64,000 nt of DNA, taken from positions 124,001-188,000 of the forward strand of contig CAVNZM010000005.1 of the NCBI GenBank assembly GCA_963693365.1, read 5' to 3'. Both the position numbers and the translations under genes were made by a program. The notes under the pieces were generated by a model that was not told where the DNA came from, searched no databases, and worked only from the letters and a program-made list of their open reading frames with translations. Numbering within the stretch: position 1 is the first letter of the stretch; the number at the start of each line of letters is the position of its first letter. Shown one piece after another: positions 24,432 to 37,625 of the stretch. The stretch is from Amoebidium appalachense. Lineage: Eukaryota > Protista > Ichthyosporea.

Positions 24432-27400
24432 CTATTTTTGGCGCTTATTAAACAGGCCCAAGTCATCCTCCACACTTGCTGCATTGGAAGGTCCCACGGG
24501 TGCCTGCTGTGATTGGCCGGCTGCCGAAGGGGGTGCAAATACCGGGGCGTTTGCTCTATTCTTGAACTGGGACGGATTGAAGAATGCCGGCATGGCCGGG
24601 GCTGCACCTTCATCTCCCTCTGCCTGCTGCTGGCTGGCCGGTGGCTGCTCAGCCACTGGCTGCTGGGTGGCCTTCTGCTTTCGATGCATGCCTGCAAACG
24701 GATTGGCCCCGCCAGATGTGGGTGGTGGGCCACCCGGCGGGGCCGGGCCCGGAGGGGGCATGGTCGGAGGGTTGGGCAAGGTGCCGGGCTGGGGCAGGGG
24801 GGGCACAGTGGCCGTGCTGGGTGCTGGGCCACTGGGTGGCGGTGGGCCAGGGGGCAGGTCGGGGCGGGGCTGTGAGGGTTTGCGCCCCCGTGGGCCGGCA
24901 GGGTGGGCTTGCTGCTGGGACGGTGCCGTGCCCTGGCTGGGGGGGCGGCTGGCCCCAGGCGGGTGGGCCTCGGGCTGGGGGGGGCAGGGGGGGTGTCGGG
25001 GTGTGCGGGGTGGGGGTGGGGCTGGCTGAGACAGGGGGGTAGGGCCCAGGCACGGGGGGAGGCTGTGCCCGAGGGGGCGCGCATGGGCCGTGGGCCACCA
25101 CGAGGGCCTGCACGTGGGCCCTGGGGGCGGACGGGGGCAGGGCCAGTGCGTGGCATGGGGGGGGTGGCGCTGCGCAGGGCTAGCTCGTCATTGGCTGCCC
25201 TCAGCTGCTGGGTCAGGCCCTCCCTCTCAGCCTCCCACTGCTGCTGCATGAGCACGTGCTCACTGCGCAGTCTGGCCACCTGCTCACTGTGTGCACGGTC
25301 GGCCAGCCTTGCAGCCTCCAGGTCCCTCGTGGCCCGGTCCAGGCGGGCCCGCAGCTGGCTGGTCTCGTCGTGAAAGAACTCTTTCATGACGTCAGCCTTG
25401 CCCTGCATGTCCCGCAGCTGGGCCTCTCTCTCCTCGGCCTGGGCTCGTGCCCCCTCGGCCATGGCCCGCAGGCCCTCCATCTCCCGCTGCAGCTCCTGCA
25501 GGCGGGCCTCATGCTGTGACGTCATGCTGTCCACGGTGCGCTGCAGGCGGGCCACGTCCTGGCCAACGCCCTTCATTGCACTTGCATACTGCCTTCTTTC
25601 CTCGTCCAGCTGCCCCCTCATCTGCTGAACGGCCGCACTGTCCCCGTCCAGGCCCTTGCCCTCAGCCTCCCACCGTGCCACCATGGCTCTCAGGGCGCCC
25701 ACCTCCTCGTTGACTGCCGCCAGCCTGCCCTCCAGGCCCACCCTGTCTGCTGCGGCCTGCACCCTCCTGCTCTCTGCCTCAGCCTCAGCCCTGACTGCCC
25801 GTGCCTCCCACTCACTGGCCTGGTGCCGGGCATCTGCGGCTGCCTGGGCTGCATCGGCCAATGCCTGCCTCAGGTCGGCCACCTTAGCACTCTGGCGCTG
25901 TAGCTGCTCCTTCTGGGCCGTGGCTTCACGCTGCAGCCTGTCGTTCTCCTGCAGCAGGGCATGGTGCACGAGGTCCCCCTCCCCCTCGCCCTGGGCCTTA
26001 GTCTCCTGCTGCTGCTGCAGCTGGTGGGTCAGCTGCATGTTGATGGTGCTCAGGGTGGCCACGTCCTGGCCCAGCCGGGCCACCTCAGCCCTCAGGCCCT
26101 CAACCAATGGCCCACTAGCCTGGGCCTGGTAGCGTGCCTGGTCCAGCTCATACTGCAGGGTCTCCACCTGGCCCTGCGCCTCCCGTGCCCTCTGATTGGC
26201 TGCTTCGGCCTCGCCCCGTGCCCGGTCAGCCGCCTGCTGCAGCTTGGCCTCCAGCTCTGCATTTCGGGCTGGGCCAGGTGACCCGCCACTGCAGCACAGG
26301 GCCAGCAGCAGTATAGGGGTCAGCAGCAGGCCACTGGCCAAAGCAGCCAGGTGGACTGCAGCCCAGGGGTCAGTCAGCACAATATCTAGCTGGCGCTCGA
26401 TTGCCTCCAGGCCCCCTGCACCCAGCAGGGCAAGGTCTGCCCTCTGCTGCTGCAATGCCTTTCTCTCCTCCTCGAACTGCACCAGTAGTCGCTCCACATG
26501 CGCACGGTCTGCTGCCAGCACCTGCCTCTCGGCCTCGATCTTGGCTGGGTCCCCACCTAGGGGCACACCAACCTGCGGCACGCCATGCACAGGGGGTCGG
26601 GGGGCGGGCGAGGGCATGGGGACCGGTGGTAGAGGCCCAGGGGTGGGCACGTGTGGCGGGGGCGGGGGCGGGGGGTGGGGGTGGCATCTGGAACCTGGGC
26701 AAGGGAGGCTAGAAGGGCCGCCGTGCGTGCTGCTGCCTCCTCCTGTTCTCTCTTCTCTCTATCCTCCCTCTCTCGCTCCTCCCTTTCTCTCTGTTCCCTC
26801 TCTCTTTGCTCAACTTCTTCTATCTTCCGGCGTTTTGCCTCCTCCTCATCTCTCTTCACCCTGTCCTCTTGCTCCTTCTTCTCCCTCTCCCCTCTCTCCT
26901 TTGCAGTCATCTGTCTCTGTATAATCTCCTGCTCCTGCTCCTGCCTCTCCATCTCCAGCCTCTGCCTCTCCGCCCTCTCCCTCTCCTCCCTCTCCTTTGC
27001 AAGTCTGGCCTGCATCTCCGTCTCCCTCCTCTTCCTCTCCTCCTCCTCCCTCACCCTCTTCTCCTCCTCCTCTCTCTCCCTCCTCTCCCTCTCCTCCCTT
27101 TCTTCCTTCTCCCTCATTGCCTTTTCATTAGCGGCTGCCTCCCTCCCTCTTTCTCTTCTCCTCTTCCTCCTTCAGTCGTGCAGCCAGCATCTGTTCTACC
27201 AGTCTCTCTTCTTCCTCCTTCTTTCTCTCTTCCTCTTTCTTTCCTTCCTCCCCCACCTCTTCCTTCTTCTCTCCCTCCTTCCCATCCTCTCCCTGTACGA
27301 CCACATCACTCCTCCCACGCACCACTTCCTCTTGTGCTGTCTGCACGGTCCCTTCAACCTGTGTCTGTGTCTCCGTAGCACCTGTGGCTGTGGTTTCCAG

Positions 27401-28317
27401 GGTGCGGGGTGTGGGCACCGGTGCTGGTGTGGGGGGTGGTGCCTGTGTGTCGGTGGTGGTGGTGGCTGTAAGGGGGGTCTGGACACTGCTGGGTGTGGGC
27501 ACAGGGGTCGGGGGTGGCTGCGGTGCTGCATTGGTGCCTGCAGGGGGCTGGCTGGCTGGGCTGGGGGGGGGCACGTGCTGGGCGTTCTCTCTCTGCTGCC
27601 TCTCCTGCTCCCTCTTCCTCTCCTCCCTCCCTCCGCACCCGCTCTATCCACTCTCGTTTAAACCTCTCCTCCTCCGTCCTCTTCTCCTCTTCTCTATTCT
27701 TCTCTTCCTCCGCCCTCTTCTCTTCTCTCTTCCTCTCCTCCTCCACCCTCTTCTCCTCTTCTCTCTTCCTCTCTTCCTCCACCCTCTTCCTCTCCTCCTC
27801 CTCCTTCCTCTTTCTTTCTTCCTCCTTCTTCCTTTCCTCCTCCGCTTTCTTCTCTTCCTCCCTCTTCCTCTCCTCCTCCTCCCCTCTCTTTCTCTCTTCC
27901 TCCTTCGCAGCCGCCTCTCTCTCCTCCCCCTCCCTCCTCCTCTGCTCCTCATCCACCTTCCTTTTTTGGAGCCTCCTCTCCACCTCCTCCTCTATGCGTG
28001 CCTGCTGTCTCTTCCTCTCCTCCTCCTGCTCCCTCATCAATTCCTCTCTCAATTGCCGCTTCAACTCTTCCACGTCTGTGCCCTGACCAACCGCGGGGGG
28101 TGCTGCTGTTGGTGTTACCCCCCCAGACGTGGGTGTACGAACCACGGGAATTTCCTGTTTGGGGGTGTCTATTGGAATCTCAGGGGGGTTTACTGGGTCG
28201 GTTTCACCGCCCCTTTCACCGGCCTTGCGAAGGAGTTCGTGCATCTGCTGCTCCTCCTCCCCCCCTGCAATTGCCCACTCATCTTTGACAGCATCTATGT
28301 TGTCTGCAAGGCCATCC

Positions 28318-28373
<56 letters not shown>

Positions 28374-28525
28374 GTTGGTTTGTGCACGTGAGTGAGGCTT
28401 GTTCATCCACTTCTTAATCAGACGGAAGTCATAGATCGGAGAAAAAGAGAAGGTCGGGGAAGGGGGGGGGGGGGGGGGGGGGGGGTATAGGCAGGCAAGA
28501 GGAAGTTTCAAAATCGCACCTGCAG

Positions 28526-28598
<73 letters not shown>

Positions 28599-28786
28599 CC
28601 CCTCCCCTCCCCGCCCCTCCCCCTCCCCTGTCAGTCCTCCCTCTGCCCCCCCCCCCTCCTCCACCTCCCCCCGTCCCCCCCAGCACTAAGACGGAACAAT
28701 GAGTGTAAGGGCCATGTGGGTTCTGGGAAAAGGCTGCAGCGCCCGTGTTGGCAAACACATGTGCCTTGGGTGGCAGGCGGCGGCGG

Positions 28787-28824
<38 letters not shown>

Positions 28825-29330
28825 TAGGATGCAGCACATGGAAAGACACAGAGTGCATCAGCGGCAGAGCCCAGGGAGTTGGTTTGCGCCGGGGGAGGGG
28901 GGAGGGGGGAGGGGGGGGTTTGAATGTGCCATAGGTATGGAAGTACACAGTCACAACGGATACAAAATGCAGAGTGCAAACCACACAGAGAGAGTCTCAA
29001 TAACAAACAGCCCAGAGGTTAGCGTGGGGAGGGGGGGGGGGGGAGGGGGGGGGGGCGGCGAGAGAGAGAGAAAGGAAGGGGGGGGGGGGGGGGAGGGGGG
29101 GAGAGAGAGATAGAAAGAGAGCAAGGAAAGGACGGGGGGGGGGGGGGGGGGGGAGGGGGAAGAGAAGGGGTGGTGGTGGTGGGGGAGGGGGAGAAAGAGA
29201 GAGAGAGAGAGAGAGAGAGTCGGAGAGAAAGAAGCAAAAGGGAGAGAGAACGGAGAGAAGAGGGACAAAGAGTAAGACGAGAGAGAAAGAGAAAGGCATA
29301 AACAAGAGCAAGAGAAAAGAGGGGGGGGGG

Positions 29331-29370
<40 letters not shown>

Positions 29371-29444
29371 GGGGAGAGAGGGTGGGAGGGAGGGTGGGAG
29401 AGAGCAAAAAGCCAGAGAGAGGGGGGAAGAGAGAGAGAGGGGGG

Positions 29445-29532
<88 letters not shown>

Positions 29533-29616
29533 GGGGATAGAGGGTGGGAGTGAGGGTGGGAGAGAGCAAAAAGCCAGAGAGAGGGGGGAAGAGAGAGAGG
29601 GGGGGGGGGGAGGGGG

Positions 29617-29710
<94 letters not shown>

Positions 29711-30453
29711 ACTGCCAGAGCATGGCATACTTGCATGTCCAATATTGCCTTGCTAACACCCACAGAGAAACAGGAAACGTAGATGATCGAACACACCCAC
29801 TGCAATGCTCTAGAATGCAAACAACATCCCCCCCCCCCCCCCCCCCCCCATCTTATCTTCCCCGTGTCGATTGCAACCCACAAACCCCTAATCTGCAGTG
29901 CGCTTACTAATCTGAAAAACCACACCCAATCGCCGACCCACACCCACATGCCCACTACGTTCCTCTGGCTGCTTTAAGAGGACAACTTAGAAAGCTGTCC
30001 AGGGAGTACTTTCTGATTCCTCCCCCCCCCCATACAAACACACACACACATCACAACACCACTGCCATTCCACCACCACCTGCACACACACATTCTCCCC
30101 CCCACCAGCTATCAAGAGCAAGAACGAATAAGAAAAAAAGAACAAATTCACAGACCAAAACAACACTCTCCTTCCCGACCGGTGACAACCCCCCCCCTCC
30201 CCCCTCCCCTATATGGCCAAGTTTCTCACTGCCACCCATGCACAAGAAATCGAAACCAAACAGTGGCAGCATAAAGTATATCTTGAAACTAGTACCCCCC
30301 CCCCCCCCCCCCCCCCCCCCTTTTCAAGGATGCCATTCCCCACCCTCGCCCGCCTGCACCGACACCACCACGAGACCTCCCCCACACCAAGTCCGGCCTG
30401 GCCTCGCTAACCCATTCACAACATGGAATCCCCCTGCCCCATCTCTCCTCTCC

Positions 30454-30488
<35 letters not shown>

Positions 30489-30709
30489 ACTGTCTTCCCC
30501 ACCCCTCTCCCCCTTCCCCCAACCACCCTCCCCAATAGGGCAAAGAAGGTACCCGCAAACACCTCTTTCCCCTGGCCCCTCAGGTCCCCATCCCCCTTCC
30601 CGTAAAAGCGCATATACAAAACGCAGCATCACCCCCCCCCCCCCCCTCCACCCGTCCTCACACGGGTACAAAGCAGATGAACTCCCCCCCGGGTACAAAG
30701 CAGATGAAC

Positions 30710-30741
<32 letters not shown>

Positions 30742-30895
30742 ACCCACACACACCAAAACAGCACACACAGACACACACCGACACACACACACACACAAAC
30801 AAACACACACACACACACACCTGCTGCTTGTCCTCTGCCGTGGCTGCAGCCAGAGAGGCAGCCAGCAGCAGGGCCAGCCAATAGCGTCGACCCAT
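24432..30895 (-). CDS. Type-I membrane protein: signal peptide, E/R/K helical and Pro/Thr lumenal region, TM, long coiled coil, proline-rich tail; TANGO1/cTAGE5 (MIA3/MIA2)-like. Exon 30895-30821 plus large exon 28316-24432 with several 1-2 nt frameshifts
   Basis: MGRRYWLALLLAASLAAATAE signal peptide in gagaATGg context with CAG|gt donor; acceptor (CA)nAAG at 28317; consecutive overlapping minus-strand ORFs 27354-28664, 27128-27574, 26557-27117, 24398-26650, 24649-25113, 24432-24806; hydrophobic WAAVHLAALASGLLLTPILLLALCC. Coding status is strong; the family call is moderate. Extra small exons between 28400 and 30800 cannot be excluded. Confidence 0.75.
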
Positions 30896-31114
30896 TCTCA
30901 GTGCCCCTGCATAGCCCTGAGAGAGGAGAGTCAGTGGTGCTGGTGGGGGAGTGGGGGGGAAGGGGGACCTCTCTCTCTCTCTCTCTCTCCGTGTGTGTGT
31001 GTGTGTGTGTGTGCGTGCATGTCACGGTGGGTGCGCGTGCGTGCGTGCGTGTAATGTGCGCTTGTGTGTGTGTTCGCCAAGCATGTGTGCGCAATCGAGC
31101 GGACTGCTGTGATG

Positions 31115-31188
<74 letters not shown>

Positions 31189-32089
31189 CGTACCTTTGTG
31201 TGTGCGCCCACATGCTTGCGCTTGCGGCGTATATGTGTGCGTGCGTGCGTGCGTGTGTGTGTGTGTGTGTGTGCAGGTGTGTGTGTGTGTTTCTCTTTGT
31301 ACTCGTGTCTGCTGCATGTGGGGATATATCCGTGCTGGTGCTGACGTGAAGCTTGTGTACCTGTGCACACGTGTGTGCTTGCGTGCGCCTCGCAACTATC
31401 TATGTGATTACTGTGTGTGTTAACGGCCTGCCTGCACGTGCGCTCTGTGTCCAGCTGCCTTGCGTGCTGGCCACTCTACCTGCAGTCATACTCATGCACA
31501 CACCGAGTGAACTTGTGTCTTTGGCAACTTCTACAGCAGCTTCCACTCTCTCCATCGCCGTGCACACTACCACACCAAGAAACCCTGCCCGCAACTCCTC
31601 TCCCTCCCCCAAAACAACGGCAAAATAAGTGACACGTTCACCTGCAGGTTTTGGAAGCAAATCATGATAGTGGCTCCAAACCTTATCCACCGCGCTTAGT
31701 CACACTCGCTTTAGCACGCGCGCGCGAGTGTGTGTGTGTGTGTTTTGGGGCCCCGGTTTAGTGATTAAGAAGGAATTTAAAGAGGCGCCAACACGTCAAA
31801 CCGTGTAAACCTTAATATAGAACACAATCATATTCTCGTTTCTCCATGGGCAGCCTTCCACTATAAAACCCAGAAACTGGGTACGCTTTACACAACCATT
31901 AGCAAAAAGCCATCAATATTGAACTTACCTGCTAGCTTCAGTGTGAATGCGTGGCACCAGCAGTCGCAGCTGAATATTAGCTATAAACTTGTGCTGTTGG
32001 CTTGGAATGGGCTCGTAGAAGTGTGGGCTACTCTAGGTATAAGAGATTTTCAAGTTGGAGTTCACGTCCCAGCACACAGCAACCAAAAA

Positions 32090-32240
32090 AAAATACATTT
32101 TTTTTGGCGCGTGCGCCGCGTACGCGGCATGCTGTGATTGGTCGAATAACAACTGGGTTCAGAAAATTACCATATATGGTTGTGGTCCGGAAGAATGCAG
32201 AGGAGCAAAACAGATGTGTGATTAGCAACCAATCACAATA
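32090..32240. promoter_or_regulatory. CpG-rich promoter-like patch between divergent genes
   Basis: TTTGGCGC (E2F-type consensus) at ~32103, dense CpG, and an inverted CCAAT pair tgtgATTGG (~32133) / CCAATcaca (~32229). Confidence 0.45.
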
Positions 32241-33222
32241 GGAGCTTGCAGGTCACAGTTATGTAACCGTTTTTCTACAGTACGTGTAGTAAGTGGTTCC
32301 GCGGTTTTCTCTTGACGATTGGATGTGGCTGCTCCGCCCCCACCCCCTCTCCTCCCCCTTCATTCCCCCCCTTCCCCTTTTCTCTCTCTCTCTCTTCCCC
32401 CCCTCTCCGCTTTCTTCCCTCCCCTCCCCCTTCTCCCCCCCCCCCCCCCCCCCCCCAGCTCCCCCCCCCCCTCCCTCCCCCCCCCCTCACCGTCTCTCAA
32501 TACCACCTTCGCTATCACCTTCAACCCACCCATCGTACGCGTGACATCCTTAACCCTCCCTCCCCCCGGGACCACAAAGCCCCTTGCCTCGCGCCCCCCT
32601 CACCACTACCACCGCTACCACCCCTTGAACACACCCGGACCCCCTCCCTCCTCTGGATCCCCCAACATAAGTCTAGTCAGGAATAATAACGTGCCTAGTT
32701 GGTCCTTTCCGTTTGTAAAAAATATTCAGGTAACTCAGTGCTCTTATATCAAGAAACCCTCTTCTGCACGCGGTGACATTCCTCCTTGCACGACCCAAAC
32801 CCCGACCCATTCAAAGCTGCCCGTTTCATTTTGGACAGCAGGGAGCCTGCAAACTTTATCGTTTGTCGTGCTAGCTATAATTACCAATATTTGCCCTGAC
32901 GAATTTAGCCCATTAGTCCTAAGCACTCCCCCCCTCCCTCCCCCCCCCTCACCCCCTCTCTCTCCCCTTGACACGATGATCTTCAGCTGGGTATATTCAG
33001 GTGCCACGTATGTACAGGGTGTTCGAGCACATTCCCAGGTTTATCTGCCTTCGTTGCCTACCCCCCCACGGACGCAAACATTCAGCGGGTCGAAGAACAC
33101 GCGAAGTTCCTGAATTGAACTGAATGAATGGCCCGGTAGAGTCGAGGTCAACTGAGCCCCGTTTACTACGGTAGTGCGTGTGTGCACGCGTGTACATGTG
33201 CACCGTGCGTGTGGGTGTTTGT

Positions 33223-33385
33223 CAGGGATGGCTCGGTCAGTGGCCGGATGGGCGGGTTTGCGCAAAGGCCGGGTGGATCTCGGGCCAGGTCGTCTATTTT
33301 TCGGTCCCTTGCGGGTTGGTTCTCGGGTTTTAGACTCCGTGACGGGGTTGACCCGTGGGTAAACCTCGGGTGTTAGAGATGTGTG

Positions 33386-33460
<75 letters not shown>

Positions 33461-33528
33461 GTGTGTGTGTGTGTGTGTGTGCCGGTGTGTGTGCACGTGT
33501 GTGTGTGTGCACGTGTGTGTGTGTGCAC

Positions 33529-33566
<38 letters not shown>

Positions 33567-33604
33567 CTGAGTGTGTGTGTGTGTATCTGTGTGTGTGTGC
33601 GTGC

Positions 33605-33672
<68 letters not shown>

Positions 33673-33946
33673 CATGTTTGTGTATACTGTGCTGTTATTG
33701 GCTCTTCGGGCTGTCCCTGACAACCAATTAACAATCCAATCTTGCTGCCTATTTTGGGTAATGTATCATACTTTACCCCGACCCGTCGCGAACTGGCCGG
33801 GTCAGGGCCTTCGGTCGGGCTGGGTACGGGTCCGACCCGCCGGGTCAAAAAGTTGACCGGGTTTGGGGGAAAATGCGCCGGGCCGGGGTTGGGTATTGCC
33901 GACCCGTACGGGTTGGTTCTCGGCCACCCGACCCGGTCCATCCCTG
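33223..33946. mobile_element. Non-autonomous hAT-like element (~724 bp) with internal (GT)n
   Basis: Ends CAGGGATGG...CCATCCCTG, extending imperfectly to ~25 bp (Ac/Ds-type CAGGGATG terminus); many subterminal CGGGT/ACCCG motifs at both ends; CGGGTTGGTTCTCGG in both arms. No matching 8-bp TSD. Confidence 0.7.
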
Positions 33947-34817
33947 TTTCTGAGCCCTCGCTTGCCAACCTGTACGCGATTTCCTGAGCTCTTGAGTGTT
34001 TGCCTCTCATACTAGAGACGGTGTTGTCGTTATCAACTCGTGCGTTGTGAGTCATTCGGAATGTTTAATCCACACACACCCTGTCACGTGTACAGCACCC
34101 TTCACAAACACGTGCTTTCGTTGAGTTCACTTCTGTGCACTGAGGACGAAAACAAACACGGGACAGACACGAGACAGTTACCATATATGGTTATATACCT
34201 CCCTTGAATGAATGCATCCAATCACAACGCACGAGTGTAGCATGTCACCCGAATATGTGACTAGCAACCAATCCAAAGGGGGCATGGCATAAGGGCAAAA
34301 TTGCGCGGGTACATAAACCAAACACAACATTCGCGAATGCAGAACACTGTGAAGTTTCAACCAAGTTGGCAAGAGTTTTAGGTATGTTTGCTATGACAAC
34401 ATCATATGGGCCCCTTAAATAGTCTGGTTTGCTTCGAGCTTTTAGCCCCCGTATCTCACGCTTTTGCGGTTGTCGCCCCTTCGAATTCCCCTTCTCTTCC
34501 CCCCTTCTGCCTCTCTCAAGGGCACAGCATTGTGGACATGACCGGGGCGGCCACCTTCACATGTGACTGACCCCCCCCCCCCCCCCCCCGACCCTCTCCT
34601 CCCCCCCTTGCCCCCTCCCCCTATCTACCCCCCCCTTGCCCCGTTCCCCTTTCTACCCCCCCCCCCCCCCCTTGCCCCCTCCCATTCTTTACCCCACCTT
34701 GCCCCCTTCCCCTCTCCACCCGCCCCCCTTGCCCCCCCCCCCCCCCCCCACCCCCCTACCCCCCCCCCCCCCCCACCCCCCCCCCCCACCCCCACCCCAC
34801 CCCGCCCCCCAGCCACG

Positions 34818-36403
34818 ATGCCTGAGATTAAGCTCACCTACTTCGATATCCGCGCCCGTGCGGAGGCGGCCCGTCTTGCGCTGCACATTGGGGGAGTGCC
34901 CTTTACGGACGAGAGGGTGTCCCGTGACCAGTTTGGGGCCCTCAAGCAGGGCACAACCCTTCCCTTCGGCCAGATCCCCATCCTGACCGTCGAGGGAAAG
35001 GTAACATACCCCCCCCCCCCCCCCCCCCACCCCCTCTCCCTCGCCCCCCCCCCCCCCCCCCCCCCCCCCCTCCCCCCCCCTTCCCCCCCCCCCCCCACAC
35101 ACACACACAAAACACACAAAGTCCATTCTACTTATGGGCAACCCGGCATGCTCCCAACTGAGCCGAGTGGCCAATTTCTGAAGAACTGGTTCCTTTTATT
35201 GCTTAGTCCCGGCACCACGCAAAGCCACCCAGTGTACTGTCGGCAGCACAGTGTTTGTTCGCACCCGACTCCTCTCTGAACAGGGTTTGCGTTACGAATC
35301 GCATCGGCCCAAAGTACGATTTAGAAAACCCCGCAATACGATTAAAAGGGGGCATCCAATTAGTAAATACGACCCTGAAGGGTGTCAAAATGCTCGGAAT
35401 TTGCCTAAATACGATTAAGAGCGCCAAAACCAGGCAACCCCTGTCTCTGAACAAGTTTTTTTAATGCTACTCTTTCCCCACATACGTCTTTCGAATTCCC
35501 CCCACTTCCTCTTTCCTTCCCCATATGATCCAATCCACTAGTAGTTCACGTCTATTCTTTCCAACCAAACACCATACTTCATTTTCTTTGCCTCCACCTC
35601 CCCCCCCCCCCCCCCCCCCCTCCTCCCTCCCCCGCCGCCCCCTCATTAGTATCAACCACCACCACTGCTGGATTTGTTTCCTGTTCCTTTCTCTCGCCCC
35701 TCTTAAAACCTCCTCTGAACCCTCTCCCCCCCCCCTGCCCCCCCCCCCCCCCCCCCCCCCAAGGTTCTGTCGCAGAGCAAGGCCATTCTACGCTACTGTG
35801 GCCGTTTGACCAACCTCTATCCCGCCGACGCCTGGGATGCTGCAAAGGTCGACGAGGTGCTTGACATGGCTGATGATATTATTGCGCCTATGAGTGCGAC
35901 TATGCGAATGCAGGATGATGATGAGAAGAAGACTGCCCGGGAGGAAATACTGAAGACCAAGTGGCCGGCCATGCTTGGGGCTGTGGACAGGCTGTTGGAG
36001 CAGAACGGCACAGGGTACTACGTTGGTAGCACGGTGAGTTGGGGTGGTGGGTGGTGCACGTGTGTATTCGGGTGTTTTGGCCCTGTAGATAAGGGGAGTG
36101 GATGAAGGCTCGAACGACGTGTGTGGTCTGAAAATGTGGGGGGGATGGTTAAGGTGTGGTAGGCATGTTCGCTGGGGAAGGGTGTGGCTTGGTATGCATT
36201 TGTTGGTTCGGGGGGCAAGAAACGGGCGTAGGACGGAGATGGAGCGTCTCAGGGGAAGAGTACTTTTTCATGACCGTGGAATTCGACACTCCTAGTCTTT
36301 TGCCAGTGTTCGTGTGGTCTTGTGCCCCGCTGACAGTGGCTGCCCCACAGGTGACTATTGCCGACCTCCAGATGTATGTGTTCTTCACATGGATCAACTC
36401 GGG

Positions 36404-36437
<34 letters not shown>

Positions 36438-36969
36438 TTTTGAGACATGGGGTTTTTGCCCCTGAGGGTGGACTCTGCCTATGTTGCATACTCGTTCGAG
36501 TGTTTTTTTGCAAACCTCCTTGATGTTGTCCGGCTTCGTGAATGTGTACTTGGTGCTCTGGCAACACATCCTACAACCCCCCTCCTCTCCCCCCCTTGCC
36601 TTTTTTTTTTTGGTGGTGGTGGGGGGGGTGGGGGGGGGGGGGGGGGGGGGGGGGAGGGGGAGGGGAGGGGGAGGAGCTCACACACAGGGATACGCGGCAG
36701 TGTTTTTTGAATAATCAAAATATCACATGCGATTGCAGCCTTTGTGCTCTGTCTCTTTTGTTTGCCTTCTCCTTTGCACGTGCATTCTCCTTTAGTTGTT
36801 TGAGCTGCCGCTTACCAACACGTTTCCTAACACGTGGTGTGCACGTGCAGGGGTGATCGACCACATCCCAAAGACCCTCTTCGATGCCTACCCCCACATC
36901 AGCGCAAACATCAAGCTGGTGGATGAACATCCAAAGGTAGCCGAATGGAACGCAGCCCACAAGAAATAA
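34818..36969 (+). CDS. Glutathione S-transferase, sigma-like, copy 1 (exons 34818-35000, 35764-36033, 36351-36402, 36851-36969)
   Basis: KLTYFDIRARAEAARL (catalytic Tyr), [24 protein letters not shown]-cap, HPKVAEW; all splice phases consistent. Confidence 0.95.
35281..35443. mobile_element. 163-bp hAT-type MITE in intron 1 of GST copy 1
   Basis: TIR CAGGGTTTGC / GCAACCCCTG (9 of 10 complementary); perfect 8-bp TSD TCTCTGAA at 35273-35280 and 35444-35451; five internal TACGA motifs. Confidence 0.9.
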
Positions 36970-37625
36970 ATGGCATATGCCAATTGCATGTATAGCCTCC
37001 GTATTTGGGGGTCACCGTGTAGGGATGTATGTGTTAATAACATGGAGTATGATGGTAGATGATTGTCAAGTCTGCGCAACAGGCAGTGACTATGAGATCA
37101 AATGCTAAACAAGGCTTGCAAATAAGCCACAGTGTGGCAGTGGTTTGTGAATTGAGAAGTACATTCTTTGGAAACCATTGTGTCAGACGTTTGCACAAAC
37201 CAACAAGGGCCCTTGCCTCTGTGCCAGGTGCTGGCCTGGTGGTAAAGTCGTCCTCTTCAATCCTCAAGCCAAGCCTTGCAAATACCGCTTGTAAGGTGTG
37301 GCACAAAGTGTCCTCTGAGGCGGCACTGCGCGTTTTCTCTGGCATAAAAAAGACTCAAAAATGGAGCCTGATCGAGGAGGGTTTATTTTTGAGTGGGCGA
37401 CACACAGGGCATGCAGGGGAAAGTGCACCTTGGCGCTCGAATTTCAATCATAGCGTGCAGCATATTTGTCAACCCTGTGCTATTCACATGCATGATTGGT
37501 CCGGAACGCACCCTGCCTATCAGGATGATCAGGGTATGAAAATGTCCCTACCGGGACACGACCTCAGTTTGAGTTCGTGCGCTCAGTCTGTAACGTAAAG
37601 TTTGGGAGAAAAACCTGTCCTCACC

